A DNA stretch of 64,000 nucleotides from a candidate division WOR-3 bacterium (lineage in GTDB: Bacteria > Hydrothermota > 32-111): positions 192,001-256,000 of the forward strand of contig JBDRZU010000001.1 in assembly GCA_039804105.1 (NCBI GenBank), read 5' to 3'. Each line of letters begins with the position of its first letter. Positions within the stretch are counted from its first letter, which is position 1. A model generated the notes under the pieces. That model was not told where the DNA came from. It searched no databases and saw only the letters and a list, made by a program, of their open reading frames with translations. The position numbers were made by a program, and so were the translations under genes. Shown here in pieces: positions 28,572 to 37,352 of the stretch.

Positions 28572-29039
28572 TCACTCCCATAGAACTACAGCTGCGAACG
28601 CTGTTCCGATTCTTTTAACTCTATGTTCACATGCTTTGCTTTGAAGGGTAAAATTTGAAATACCTCTTACTTTCATCGCCTCTTCCGCCATACTTCTTAC
28701 AATATCTTCAATATCTTTTTTTCTTCCGTTTGAGGAATATTCCATTATAACACCTGGTAAAGAATCATCATCAGGTTTTGCTGCAGCAACACCAGCAGAA
28801 ATGTATTGACCTGTCATATCAGATGTGATCGATGCATAAGCAACCGGAATAAAACTTCCCTGGGGAATCTTTATGAATTTAACATTTTTACAATAAGGTG
28901 GGATTATTGAAGATATCTTAATAAGATTCATATTTCCTATTTTTGCGTTTAGAAGTGCACAGTCAAATGAATTCAATTTTGAAAAACCTTCTGAATGCCC
29001 CGCAACAAAGAAAAATCTTTTCGGAGTAAAAAGGTTCAT
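28572..29039 (-). CDS. pdaD: Pyruvoyl-dependent arginine decarboxylase
   Basis: LNSFDCALLNAKIGNMNLIKISSIIPP (S-S cleavage site), GVIMEY. Confidence 0.9.
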   Translation of the reverse strand: MNLFTPKRFFFVAGHSEGFSKLNSFDCALLNAKIGNMNLIKISSIIPPYCKNVKFIKIPQGSFIPVAYASITSDMTGQYISAGVAAAKPDDDSLPGVIMEYSSNGRKKDIEDIVRSMAEEAMKVRGISNFTLQSKACEHRVKRIGTAFAAVVLWE

Positions 29040-29040
29040 T

Positions 29041-29448
29041 TTAAACTCCTATTTTTTCTGTTGAACTTTTATCAGTTTTGTGTTTCAATGTTCCATCAAC
29101 ATCAAAAAGTCCTCTTTTAACTTCCATCATGGAAGTTTCTTTAGCTTTCAATTTTTTTACAAGGTATTTGAATGAGATCCAGGGGTCAAGAGTGTTTCCG
29201 CAAGTGTAGATGTCTATCGATGCGTAACCATATTCTGGCCATGTGTGGATCGTGAGGTGGGATTCCGCTATTACTACAACTCCGCTAACTCCGAAAGGTG
29301 AAAAGTGATGAAAAGAACTTGAAATCACTGTTGCTCTTGCTCTTTTTGCTGCTTCAACCATGAGTTGTTCGATTTGAGCAACATCGTTTAAAATCGCTGA
29401 GTCACATTTGTAGAACTCAGCAAGAATGTGTTTACCTAGGGCTTGCAT
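29041..29448 (-). CDS. speD: S-adenosylmethionine decarboxylase proenzyme (short class 1B type)
   Basis: HHFSPFGVSGVVVIAESHLTIHTWPE, DIYTCG. Confidence 0.95.
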   Translation of the reverse strand: MQALGKHILAEFYKCDSAILNDVAQIEQLMVEAAKRARATVISSSFHHFSPFGVSGVVVIAESHLTIHTWPEYGYASIDIYTCGNTLDPWISFKYLVKKLKAKETSMMEVKRGLFDVDGTLKHKTDKSSTEKIGV

Positions 29449-29513
29449 TCTTTCATACCTCCATAATCTGAAGTTAAAGGGTTTAACTGATACCTACACA
29501 AAAAAAGACACAT
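29436..29513 (-). CDS. Candidate 25-aa leader ORF overlapping the speD start
   Basis: AGGAG 6 nt before ATG 29513; MCLFLCRYQLNPLTSDYGGMKECKP*; begins just after the predicted transcription start. Confidence 0.35.
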   Translation of the reverse strand: MCLFLCRYQLNPLTSDYGGMKECKP

Positions 29514-29535
29514 ACGAAACTCCTGTTTTGAAGGT

Positions 29536-29563
29536 ATTATATATTTTTTTTTTATAAATTCAA
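29536..29563 (-). promoter_or_regulatory. Promoter of the polyamine operon, TTGAAT-N16-TATAAT
   Basis: Hexamer match; gives an ~80-nt leader. Confidence 0.65.
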
Positions 29564-29587
29564 TAGGAAAAATTAAAAATTTTTTTA

Positions 29588-29615
29588 TTGACAGAAAAAA
29601 AAATGGTTTTAATAT
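29588..29615 (+). promoter_or_regulatory. Promoter TTGACA-N16-TAATAT
   Basis: Hexamer match upstream of ATG 29637. Confidence 0.55.
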
Positions 29616-29636
29616 AATAAATAGAAAGGGGGGAAG

Positions 29637-29990
29637 ATGTCAAAAAAGAATATTTTAAAAATTTTGTTAATTCTATTATTGGCATCCTGTGCGAAAACTG
29701 GGAAAATAGAAGATGTGGATTGTTATTTGATCAGTATCAATGGTCCTTCAAAAATCTCTGTTGGAGAATCTGCAATATTCAACATTGTGGGTTATGACCA
29801 GAATTCAGCAGTGTTGAAAAATTCATCCTGTATAAAAAATGTTGACTGGGAATTACAAGGGGATAACATTTACATAGTTGAAAAGAAAGAGAAAAATTTT
29901 GTCAGAATTAAAGGTATAAAAAAGGGAATGTTCTGTATAAAAGCAACATATAAAGATCATAAAACTTATTTGAGTGTTACAGTAGAATGA
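29637..29990 (+). CDS. Small lipoprotein, Ig-like fold likely
   Basis: Lipobox LASC; beta-rich ISINGP..ISVGES...VDW...IKATY...SVTVE. Confidence 0.7.
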   Translation: MSKKNILKILLILLLASCAKTGKIEDVDCYLISINGPSKISVGESAIFNIVGYDQNSAVLKNSSCIKNVDWELQGDNIYIVEKKEKNFVRIKGIKKGMFCIKATYKDHKTYLSVTVE

Positions 29991-29993
29991 TTT

Positions 29994-31313
29994 TTATTGG
30001 AGATACCTTGCTTTTAATCTCTCATGCAAATCAGGATAAACATCCTTTATGCTTTCGATAAGATCAGATAATTTTAAAAATTTTTTATTTTTACTATAGA
30101 TGGTTGTAAGGTATTTAATATTTATGGTATCCTTATCGTTTAACAGGTAGAGTTTTTCGAAGTAAAATTCTGATGAATCATTTTCATTTTTTTTATATTT
30201 AATTATACCTTTAAACTTGAAGAAAAAAATTGAATCATTAAAATTTTTTAAATCCATTCTTGAGATTATCTTTTCTGATATATCGAGTTCATTTAAGAGG
30301 ATATAATTTTGAACTGATTCCTTTGAAAAATATTTTTGGTTTTTTTCTAAAATTTTGTCATAATATTTTTTTGAAAGATTTAAAGAATCACTTTTAAAAA
30401 ATTCTTTTCCAAGATTTTCAAAAATTTCCTGATCATATTTTTCAGTGTTGGTCAAAATTGAATCCATTTTTAAAAGTAGAGGAAAATTTTTAGTTCTGTT
30501 GTAAAGGTTTAAAAGTTTTTTTAGAACGATCAAAGAATCTGGATAACCTTTCAATGTGTTGAAACAGTAAACCTCGACGGAATCATAAAAATTTTTTTCA
30601 TAAAAATTGTCGATAATGCGATTCAAAGCGTAAAAATCATATTCTGTGTTTAAAAGTTTTTTAAAATAGTTGTTACTCTTATCATACTTTTTTAATTTAT
30701 GAAAAATTTCAGCTGCGAGAAAAATGTGCCTTTGGTTTTTCTCATCAATATTTAAAACCTGTGAGATATAATTTTCAGCAAGATTGTAATTTTTAATTTT
30801 ATGATAGTAGTTTGCAATCGAGAATAAAGCATCGATATCATTATCATCAAGGGATAAGATTTTTTGTGCTGCAAAAAGTGTTGAATCGTTTAAATTTTTT
30901 CTTTCGAAATAAAAAAGTTTCAGTTTCATCAGTTTTATACTGTTTGGGAAATATTTGATCGAATAATTTATTTTTTCCAGAAACTTTTTATCATCTTTTT
31001 CTAAAAGACATTTATTTAAAAGATAAAAAACTTCTTCATCATTTTTTAAGTTTGAAGCGATCGTTAGATAATGGATCGCTTTGTCCAGATTATTATTCTG
31101 GTAATATAAAAAACCTATAAAGTAGTAGGGTTCATATTTTGAGGAATCTATTTCTTTTAAAACATTAAAAAATCTTAAACTTTTTATCGTATCATTTTTT
31201 TCAATATAAAACTCTAAAGAGTCAAGAGAATCTGAAAAAAAATCTATAACTTCTTTTGAAAAAAAGTTGATTGCAAAAATTATTAGGAAAATAATGATAA
31301 AAATTTTTTTCAT
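29994..31313 (-). CDS. Exported tetratricopeptide repeat protein
   Basis: Signal MKKIFIIIFLIIF; repeated YFIGFLYYQ..LDKAI.YL-type TPR units; ATG 31313 preferred. Confidence 0.8.
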   Translation of the reverse strand: MKKIFIIIFLIIFAINFFSKEVIDFFSDSLDSLEFYIEKNDTIKSLRFFNVLKEIDSSKYEPYYFIGFLYYQNNNLDKAIHYLTIASNLKNDEEVFYLLNKCLLEKDDKKFLEKINYSIKYFPNSIKLMKLKLFYFERKNLNDSTLFAAQKILSLDDNDIDALFSIANYYHKIKNYNLAENYISQVLNIDEKNQRHIFLAAEIFHKLKKYDKSNNYFKKLLNTEYDFYALNRIIDNFYEKNFYDSVEVYCFNTLKGYPDSLIVLKKLLNLYNRTKNFPLLLKMDSILTNTEKYDQEIFENLGKEFFKSDSLNLSKKYYDKILEKNQKYFSKESVQNYILLNELDISEKIISRMDLKNFNDSIFFFKFKGIIKYKKNENDSSEFYFEKLYLLNDKDTINIKYLTTIYSKNKKFLKLSDLIESIKDVYPDLHERLKARYLQ

Positions 31314-31320
31314 ATAAAAC

Positions 31321-31348
31321 ATTATAAAAGTTTATTTTTCATAGTCAA
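31321..31348 (-). promoter_or_regulatory. Promoter TTGACT-N16-TATAAT, probably leaderless
   Basis: -10 ends 7 nt before ATG 31313; no SD. Confidence 0.65.
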
Positions 31349-31382
31349 CAAACAAAAGAAAGTTATCAAAATTAAAAATTAG

Positions 31383-31410
31383 TTGACAAAATAAAATAAA
31401 TTAGTATAAT
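31383..31410 (+). promoter_or_regulatory. Promoter TTGACA-N16-TATAAT
   Basis: Perfect consensus hexamers. Confidence 0.8.
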
Positions 31411-31430
31411 TCATCTTGACGGGGTTGAAG

Positions 31431-31517
31431 ATGGAAAAAATTAAATTTTATATTATCGGATTTATTGTTTTTTTATTTGTACTTTTAAATATTTGTTATA
31501 TACTTTCCCGTGGCTAA
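31431..31517 (+). CDS. 28-aa single-pass membrane protein (below the ORF-track cutoff)
   Basis: MEKIKFYIIGFIVFLFVLLNICYILSRG*; perfect promoter and GGGG SD-like run upstream. Confidence 0.6.
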   Translation: MEKIKFYIIGFIVFLFVLLNICYILSRG

Positions 31518-32059
31518 AAAATAAATCCAAACGATATTGAACTTGGTGCAGAGAAGTTTAACTGAAGATCATATTTTCTTTTTATTATCATTCCCATTTT
31601 TATTGAAGGGAAGGGAAAATCGTTTGTGAATACATCATCAAATCTATCATCAGAATATGAAATAAGTTTTATAGGCATGAGTATTCCACCGCCAATATAA
31701 AATAGTATTCCCTGTTTTACTGTTTCTTTTAACTCTCTTATATAATAATAAAAAGATAGATCTGGAATTATCAAAGAATATACACAATTAGATTCTATAT
31801 TAATAAGTCCTACTCTTTCTTTAACGACTCCACCCCCCATCGAAATTCCGATCTGTGGTCTTAAACTCAAATTTTTAACTTCAAACATCTCTTTGATATC
31901 AAGTCCATAAGAGACACCAAAAGTTCCAATATATGATGTTGTATTTGCTGGTTTTGAAAAAACAAAATCAAAATGGAGAAAATTATCAGTTTTTGTTTGT
32001 GGATAAATAAAAACAAAGAGAAAAACAAGAATAATTATAACGATTTTTCTTTTCATCAT
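31514..32059 (-). CDS. Hypothetical small outer-membrane beta-barrel protein
   Basis: Signal peptide, amphipathic strands, terminal Phe (ISFGFIF). Confidence 0.65.
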   Translation of the reverse strand: MMKRKIVIIILVFLFVFIYPQTKTDNFLHFDFVFSKPANTTSYIGTFGVSYGLDIKEMFEVKNLSLRPQIGISMGGGVVKERVGLINIESNCVYSLIIPDLSFYYYIRELKETVKQGILFYIGGGILMPIKLISYSDDRFDDVFTNDFPFPSIKMGMIIKRKYDLQLNFSAPSSISFGFIF

Positions 32060-32070
32060 AAACTCCTTTG

Positions 32071-32104
32071 TTGAAAATTATATTAATATGGTTATAATTG
32101 TCAA
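32071..32104. promoter_or_regulatory. Interlocked divergent promoters
   Basis: + strand TTGAAA(32071)-N16-TATAAT(32098); - strand TTGACA(32104)-N16-TATAAT(32077). Confidence 0.7.
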
Positions 32105-32105
32105 C

Positions 32106-33278
32106 ATGAAAAAATTTGTAAGAGTTTTATTGTATATATTTCTGATTTTGCTCATAGTTGAACTTGGATTAAAAATTTTTTTGATATTTTTTGAAAAGTA
32201 TTCAAGTTGGGAACAAAGATCTAATCTTTTTATGGAGGATAGTTTACTTGGATGGAGAGGGGTACCTAATAGGAAAGTGATGGTAAAGACATTTGAGAGT
32301 AAATTTTTAGTTGAAACAGATTCTTTAGGTTTCAGAAACACAATCTTCCCAAAGAAGAACAAAAAGGGCAAAAAGATATTGATGTATGGAGATTCATTCT
32401 TGTGGGGCTACCATTTAAACAACGATGATTTGATATCGAGTATGTTATCAAAGGAGTTGAATGTTGAGGTAAAGAATTATGGTATGGTTGGATATGGAAC
32501 AGATCAGGAGTACCTTTTATTCAAAGAGACAGTTGAGGATAATTCTGTTGTTGTGTTTTTGTTTTTCAACAACGATCTTGATGAACTTTTAAGAGATAAC
32601 ATAGGAACGAAAGCATCAAAGCCAAAATTTATTTTAAAAAATGATTCAATCATTCTTTTAAACTATCCTGTTGATAGAAAAATTGTTGAACAAAAAGTTG
32701 TTAATGAGAACAAATTTGAAAATTTTGGATTTTTGTTTAAGATCACAAGAACTTTAAAATTATCTCTGTACAAAACAAAAATTTATAGAGTGCTTTCATC
32801 TTATTTACAGTACACAAGTTTTGGGAAGTTTTTATACGAAAAGAATCTCCTAGAGCCAGATCTTTTAAATCCCGATGAGGATGTTTTCAATTATATCAAC
32901 TGGCAGGAATCAATAAAAATCTATGACCACCTGATGAAAAAAATAAAAAAAGAATGTGAATTGAGAGGATGTAAACTTCTTGTTTTTGTAATACCTTCAG
33001 AATGGACATATCAGCAAGATCTTATGAAAAAACTTGAAAAATTGGAACAACTTTATGGATATAATGATAGATATGAAGAGGTGATGGATAGTGTTCTGAA
33101 TGTTTTGAGAAGAGATAAGATAGATTATATTTATCCATTGGATGAGTTTCGTAAAATTGATACGAAAGTGAAATTGACAAAAAAGTTTGATAAACATTTT
33201 TCAAAAGAAGGCGCAAAATTCGTAAAAGATCTTTTGAAAACAAAAATTGAAGAGAGTTTAAAGGTTGACATATATTAA
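32106..33278 (+). CDS. SGNH/GDSL hydrolase-family protein (AlgX/AlgJ-like), membrane anchored
   Basis: YGDSF, GMVGYGTDQE, FFNND, DKHFSKEG; ATG 32106 preferred. Confidence 0.82.
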   Translation: MKKFVRVLLYIFLILLIVELGLKIFLIFFEKYSSWEQRSNLFMEDSLLGWRGVPNRKVMVKTFESKFLVETDSLGFRNTIFPKKNKKGKKILMYGDSFLWGYHLNNDDLISSMLSKELNVEVKNYGMVGYGTDQEYLLFKETVEDNSVVVFLFFNNDLDELLRDNIGTKASKPKFILKNDSIILLNYPVDRKIVEQKVVNENKFENFGFLFKITRTLKLSLYKTKIYRVLSSYLQYTSFGKFLYEKNLLEPDLLNPDEDVFNYINWQESIKIYDHLMKKIKKECELRGCKLLVFVIPSEWTYQQDLMKKLEKLEQLYGYNDRYEEVMDSVLNVLRRDKIDYIYPLDEFRKIDTKVKLTKKFDKHFSKEGAKFVKDLLKTKIEESLKVDIY

Positions 33279-33293
33279 GGTTAATGATATTAT
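33265..33293 (+). promoter_or_regulatory. Promoter of the buk-por operon, TTGACA-N17-TATTAT with extended TG
   Basis: Hexamer match upstream of AAGGAG and ATG 33322. Confidence 0.55.
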
Positions 33294-33321
33294 AAAAATT
33301 TAAAAATAAAAAAGGAGTTAT

Positions 33322-34389
33322 ATGTATAAAATTTTAACGATCAATCCCGGTTCAACTTCTACAAAGATAGCGGTCTATGAGGATGACAAAGAAATTTTCA
33401 AAAAAACTATATCTCACCCTGAAAGTGAGATTTCAAAATACAAACACATAGTTGATCAGTATGAATTCAGAAGAGCAGCAATCGAGGATACATTAAAAGA
33501 GAACGGTTTTAACATAAAAGATTTTGATTGTTTTGTTGGAAGGGGAGGACTTGTAAAACCGATTCCTTCTGGAACCTACAAGGTAAATGAAAAAATGATA
33601 GAGGATTTGAAACATTCTCCCCTTGGAGAACATGCTTCAAATCTTGGTGGTATGATTGCATATGAGTTTGAAAAAGAGACTGGAAAACCCTCATACATAG
33701 TTGATCCTGTTGTTGTTGATGAGATGGATGATATTGCAAGGATAACTGGGTTCCCTGAGATCGAAAGGGTTTCAATCTTTCATGCTTTAAATCAAAAAGC
33801 GACAGCAAGAAGAGCAGCAAAAGATCTTGGAAAAAAGTATGAAGAAATAAATCTTATAGTCGTTCATCTTGGTGGTGGAATATCTATTGGTGCTCATAGA
33901 AATGGAAAGGTAATTGATGTGAACAATGCGCTCAACGGTGATGGTCCTTTTGCCCCAGAAAGGGCAGGTTCTGTTCCAGCATGGGGTCTGTATAAATTTA
34001 TTACTGAAACAAAAATAGAGGAAAAGGATTTCAAAAAACGTTTAGCTGGAAAAGCGGGTATAGTGGCACACCTTGGAACAAATGATATGAGAAAGGTTGA
34101 AGATGAAGTAAAAGCTGGAAACAAAGAGTATGAAAGAATCTATAAAGCGATGGCATACAATATAGGGAAATGGGTTGGAATGATGGCTGCAGTTTTACAT
34201 GGAAAGGTTGATGCGATAGCGATAACAGGTGGACTTGCCTATGACAAAATGTTTGTTGGGTGGATTGAAGATATGATATCATTTATCGCTACAATAAAGG
34301 TGTATCCGGGTGAAAACGAAATGCAGGCACTTGCTCTTGGTGGACTTAGAGTTTTAACGAAAGAGGAAAGTGCTAAAGAGTATAAATAA
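33322..34389 (+). CDS. buk: Butyrate kinase
   Basis: INPGSTSTK, HASNLG, VDPVVVDE, FHALNQKA, HLGGGISIG. Confidence 0.96.
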   Translation: MYKILTINPGSTSTKIAVYEDDKEIFKKTISHPESEISKYKHIVDQYEFRRAAIEDTLKENGFNIKDFDCFVGRGGLVKPIPSGTYKVNEKMIEDLKHSPLGEHASNLGGMIAYEFEKETGKPSYIVDPVVVDEMDDIARITGFPEIERVSIFHALNQKATARRAAKDLGKKYEEINLIVVHLGGGISIGAHRNGKVIDVNNALNGDGPFAPERAGSVPAWGLYKFITETKIEEKDFKKRLAGKAGIVAHLGTNDMRKVEDEVKAGNKEYERIYKAMAYNIGKWVGMMAAVLHGKVDAIAITGGLAYDKMFVGWIEDMISFIATIKVYPGENEMQALALGGLRVLTKEESAKEYK

Positions 34390-34408
34390 AAGTTTAATAG
34401 GAGGAATA

Positions 34409-34960
34409 ATGCTTGAGATAAGAATTCATGGAAGGGGTGGACAGGGTGGTGTGATAGCATCTAAAATCCTTGCATATGCTTTTGCTATGGAAGGAAAATT
34501 TGTGCAGGCATTTCCTGAATTTGGAGTTGAAAGAAGAGGAGCCCCTGTAACTGCCTTTATAAGAGTTGCTGATCAAAGGATAAATATCCGTTCAAAAATT
34601 TATGAACCACAGCATCTTATAGTTCTTGAACCAACTCTGTTAAACGCTATAGATATCACGGAAGGTTTGAAAGAGGGTGGTTTTATCGTTATAAATACCA
34701 AGAAAAAACCCACCGAATTGAATATCAAAGCGAAAAATAGTAAAATTGCAACTGTTGACGCAACAGGTATTGCTTTAAAACATAGATTGGGTTCATCTGC
34801 AGCACCCATAGTAAATACAGCGATTTTGGGTGGTTTTGCAAAAGCAACAGGTTTTGTGAAAATAGAATCGATAGTTGATGCTATAAAAAAAGAGGTTCCA
34901 ATTAAACCGGATGAGAATGCTCAGGCAGCTATAGATGCATACAATTCTACAATAATGTAA
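34409..34960 (+). CDS. porC: Pyruvate/2-ketoisovalerate:ferredoxin oxidoreductase gamma subunit
   Basis: EIRIHGRGGQG, FGVERRGAP, VNTAILG. Confidence 0.92.
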   Translation: MLEIRIHGRGGQGGVIASKILAYAFAMEGKFVQAFPEFGVERRGAPVTAFIRVADQRINIRSKIYEPQHLIVLEPTLLNAIDITEGLKEGGFIVINTKKKPTELNIKAKNSKIATVDATGIALKHRLGSSAAPIVNTAILGGFAKATGFVKIESIVDAIKKEVPIKPDENAQAAIDAYNSTIM

Positions 34961-34972
34961 TAAGGAGAATTT

Positions 34973-35269
34973 ATGAAAAGAGTTGGAAAAAAAATAATAT
35001 TTGAAAAAGAGAGTGATCTCCCTCCAAATGCTATGTCTCTCGGAACAACAGAGTTCAATGAAACTGGATCATGGAGAAACGAAAGACCGGTTGTTGACAA
35101 AGCAAAATGTATTGCTTGCGGTATCTGCTGGAAATATTGCCCTGATATGTCGATAAAAGAGGATTCTGAAGGGAAGGCAGATATTGATTATGTTTTTTGT
35201 AAAGGTTGCGGGATATGTGCAGCAGAATGCCCGGTAAAAGCAATAACAATGATTGAGGAGGAAAAATGA
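34973..35269 (+). CDS. porD: 2-oxoacid:ferredoxin oxidoreductase delta subunit (2x 4Fe-4S)
   Basis: TGSWR; CIACGICWKYCP and CKGCGICAAECP. Confidence 0.93.
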   Translation: MKRVGKKIIFEKESDLPPNAMSLGTTEFNETGSWRNERPVVDKAKCIACGICWKYCPDMSIKEDSEGKADIDYVFCKGCGICAAECPVKAITMIEEEK

Positions 35270-36426
35270 GTGAACAAAAAGTTATAATGGGTAATCATGC
35301 CCTTTCTTATGGGGCCGTAACATCGAGAGTTCAGGTTATTGCAGCATATCCAATAACTCCTCAAACTCAGGTTGTTGAACTGCTTTCTGAAATGTGTGCT
35401 GATGGGACTCTTGATGCTGAATTTATAAAAGTTGAATCTGAACATTCAGCAATGGCTGCCTGTATAGGGGCATCTGCAGCGGGAGCAAGAGCATTCACAG
35501 CAACGAGTGCACAGGGGCTTGCTTTGATGCATGAGATGCTTCATTGGGCTGTTGGTGCACGACTTCCAATAGTCATGGGAAACATCAACAGATCTATGGC
35601 ACCACCATGGACGATCTGGTCAGAACAGACAGATTCTTTATCACAAAGAGATACTGGCTGGCTCCAGATCTATGCTTCAAGTAACCAGGAAGTTTACGAT
35701 TCAGTTTTAATTGCATATAAAGTTGCTGAAAATGAAAAAGTTTCTTTGCCTGTGATGATAGTTCTTGATGCATTCTTTTTATCACATACTTCTGAAAATG
35801 TAACTCTTATTGATCAAAAAGATGCTGATAGATATCTGAAACCATACAATCCCAAATATAAACTCAACATAAAGGATCCACACACTTTTGGTGGATTAAC
35901 AACTCCTGACTGGTATATGGAACTTAGATATAAAATCCAAAAGGCGATGGAAGATTCTATTGAAGTTATCAAAGATGCACAGAAAGAATTTAAAGAGATG
36001 TTTGGAAGAGAGTATGGACTTGTTGAAACATACAAATGTGAAGATGCTGATACAATACTTGTTGCAGTGGCAACAGCAGCATCAACAGCAAAACAGGTTA
36101 TAGATGAACTCAGAGAAAAGGGAGAAAAGGTAGGACTTTTGAGAATAAGATTTTTCAGACCTTTCCCTTATGAAGATGTTAAAAAGTATCTTAAGAATGC
36201 CAAAAAAACGATTGTTCTTGATAGAAACCTTTCACCTGGTGCTGGTGGAATAGTTTTTCAAGAAGTTAAATCGGCACTTTATAATGAACCTGTTAAACCA
36301 AAAATTTATGGATATATAGCTGGTCTTGGCGGAAGAGATATTACTGTTGATACAATACATAAACTTTTTGAAGATGCCAAGAAAAGTGAACCTGCTGATA
36401 TCAAGTGGATGGAGGTGAAATTATGA
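35266..36426 (+). CDS. porA: 2-oxoacid:ferredoxin oxidoreductase alpha subunit
   Basis: AYPITPQT, VESEHSA, TATSAQG, GLGGRD. Confidence 0.93.
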   Translation: MSEQKVIMGNHALSYGAVTSRVQVIAAYPITPQTQVVELLSEMCADGTLDAEFIKVESEHSAMAACIGASAAGARAFTATSAQGLALMHEMLHWAVGARLPIVMGNINRSMAPPWTIWSEQTDSLSQRDTGWLQIYASSNQEVYDSVLIAYKVAENEKVSLPVMIVLDAFFLSHTSENVTLIDQKDADRYLKPYNPKYKLNIKDPHTFGGLTTPDWYMELRYKIQKAMEDSIEVIKDAQKEFKEMFGREYGLVETYKCEDADTILVAVATAASTAKQVIDELREKGEKVGLLRIRFFRPFPYEDVKKYLKNAKKTIVLDRNLSPGAGGIVFQEVKSALYNEPVKPKIYGYIAGLGGRDITVDTIHKLFEDAKKSEPADIKWMEVKL

Positions 36427-37307
36427 AATATTCAATACCACAAAAAGAACTTTTAAATCCAGGGCATCTTGCATGTCAGGGATGTGGTGGTGCTTTGGCT
36501 TTAAGATTGGTTTTGAAAACACTTGGTGAAAACACGATTCTGACATTCCCTGCTTGTTGCTGGTCTGTGATAGATGGGCCATTTCCATATTCTTCAGTAA
36601 AGGTGCCTCTTTTCCACACAGCGTTTGAGACAGCAGCAATTACAGCTGCTGGAATAAAGGCAGGTGTAAAGAAAGTTGAAAAAGAGTATGTAAACGCAGT
36701 AGCATGGGCTGGTGATGGAGGAACATACGATATAGGAATCCAGGCATTATCAGGTGCTGCAGAAAGAAATGATGATATATTCTACTTTGTTTATGACAAT
36801 GAGGCGTATATGAACACCGGTGTTCAAAGATCCTCTGCAACCCCAAAAGGTGCATGGACAACAACAACTCCAACAACCTTTCCAAAAGCTGAAAACAAAA
36901 AAGATCTTGATGCAATTGTTGCTGCACACAATGTTCCATACCAAGCAACAGCATGTGTTTCATATCCTGAGGACTTAACTAAAAAACTTGAAAAAGCGGT
37001 TAAAATTAGAGGTTTTAAATTTTTCCATATACTTGCACCTTGTCCTCCTGGATGGAAAACAAATCCTGAAGATACTATAAAATTGGGCAGAATGGCTGTT
37101 GAAAGTGGAATTTTTCCACTCTATGAAATTGAAAACGGAGAAAAATATACTATAAATATGCCTTCTCCTAAAAAAGAACTAAAACCTGTGAACGAATATT
37201 TACTTAAACAGGGAAGGTTCAGACATCTAAAAGAAGATGATATCAAAGAGATACAGGAAAATGTAAATAGAAGATGGGAAAAACTGAAAAGATTAGCAGG
37301 AGTATAA
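36423..37307 (+). CDS. porB: 2-oxoacid:ferredoxin oxidoreductase beta subunit
   Basis: GHLACQGCG, GDGGTYDIG, DNEAYMNTGVQRS, PCPPGW. Confidence 0.93.
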   Translation: MKYSIPQKELLNPGHLACQGCGGALALRLVLKTLGENTILTFPACCWSVIDGPFPYSSVKVPLFHTAFETAAITAAGIKAGVKKVEKEYVNAVAWAGDGGTYDIGIQALSGAAERNDDIFYFVYDNEAYMNTGVQRSSATPKGAWTTTTPTTFPKAENKKDLDAIVAAHNVPYQATACVSYPEDLTKKLEKAVKIRGFKFFHILAPCPPGWKTNPEDTIKLGRMAVESGIFPLYEIENGEKYTINMPSPKKELKPVNEYLLKQGRFRHLKEDDIKEIQENVNRRWEKLKRLAGV

Positions 37308-37319
37308 TAATTTAAAATT

Positions 37320-37344
37320 AAGGGGGGTTTATAACCCCCTTTTA
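37320..37344 (+). terminator. Intrinsic terminator after the por operon
   Basis: AAGGGGGGTT-TAT-AACCCCCTTTT hairpin with T tract. Confidence 0.75.
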
Positions 37345-37352
37345 TCAAAATT

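Noticed and set aside
29501..29513. Programmed frameshift fusing the leader ORF to speD at the U7 run
   Set aside because: The speD frame has a TAG two codons after the run.
29449..29530. SAM-I-like or spermidine riboswitch upstream of speD
   Set aside because: Leader is only ~80 nt and lacks the SAM-I core sequences and helices.
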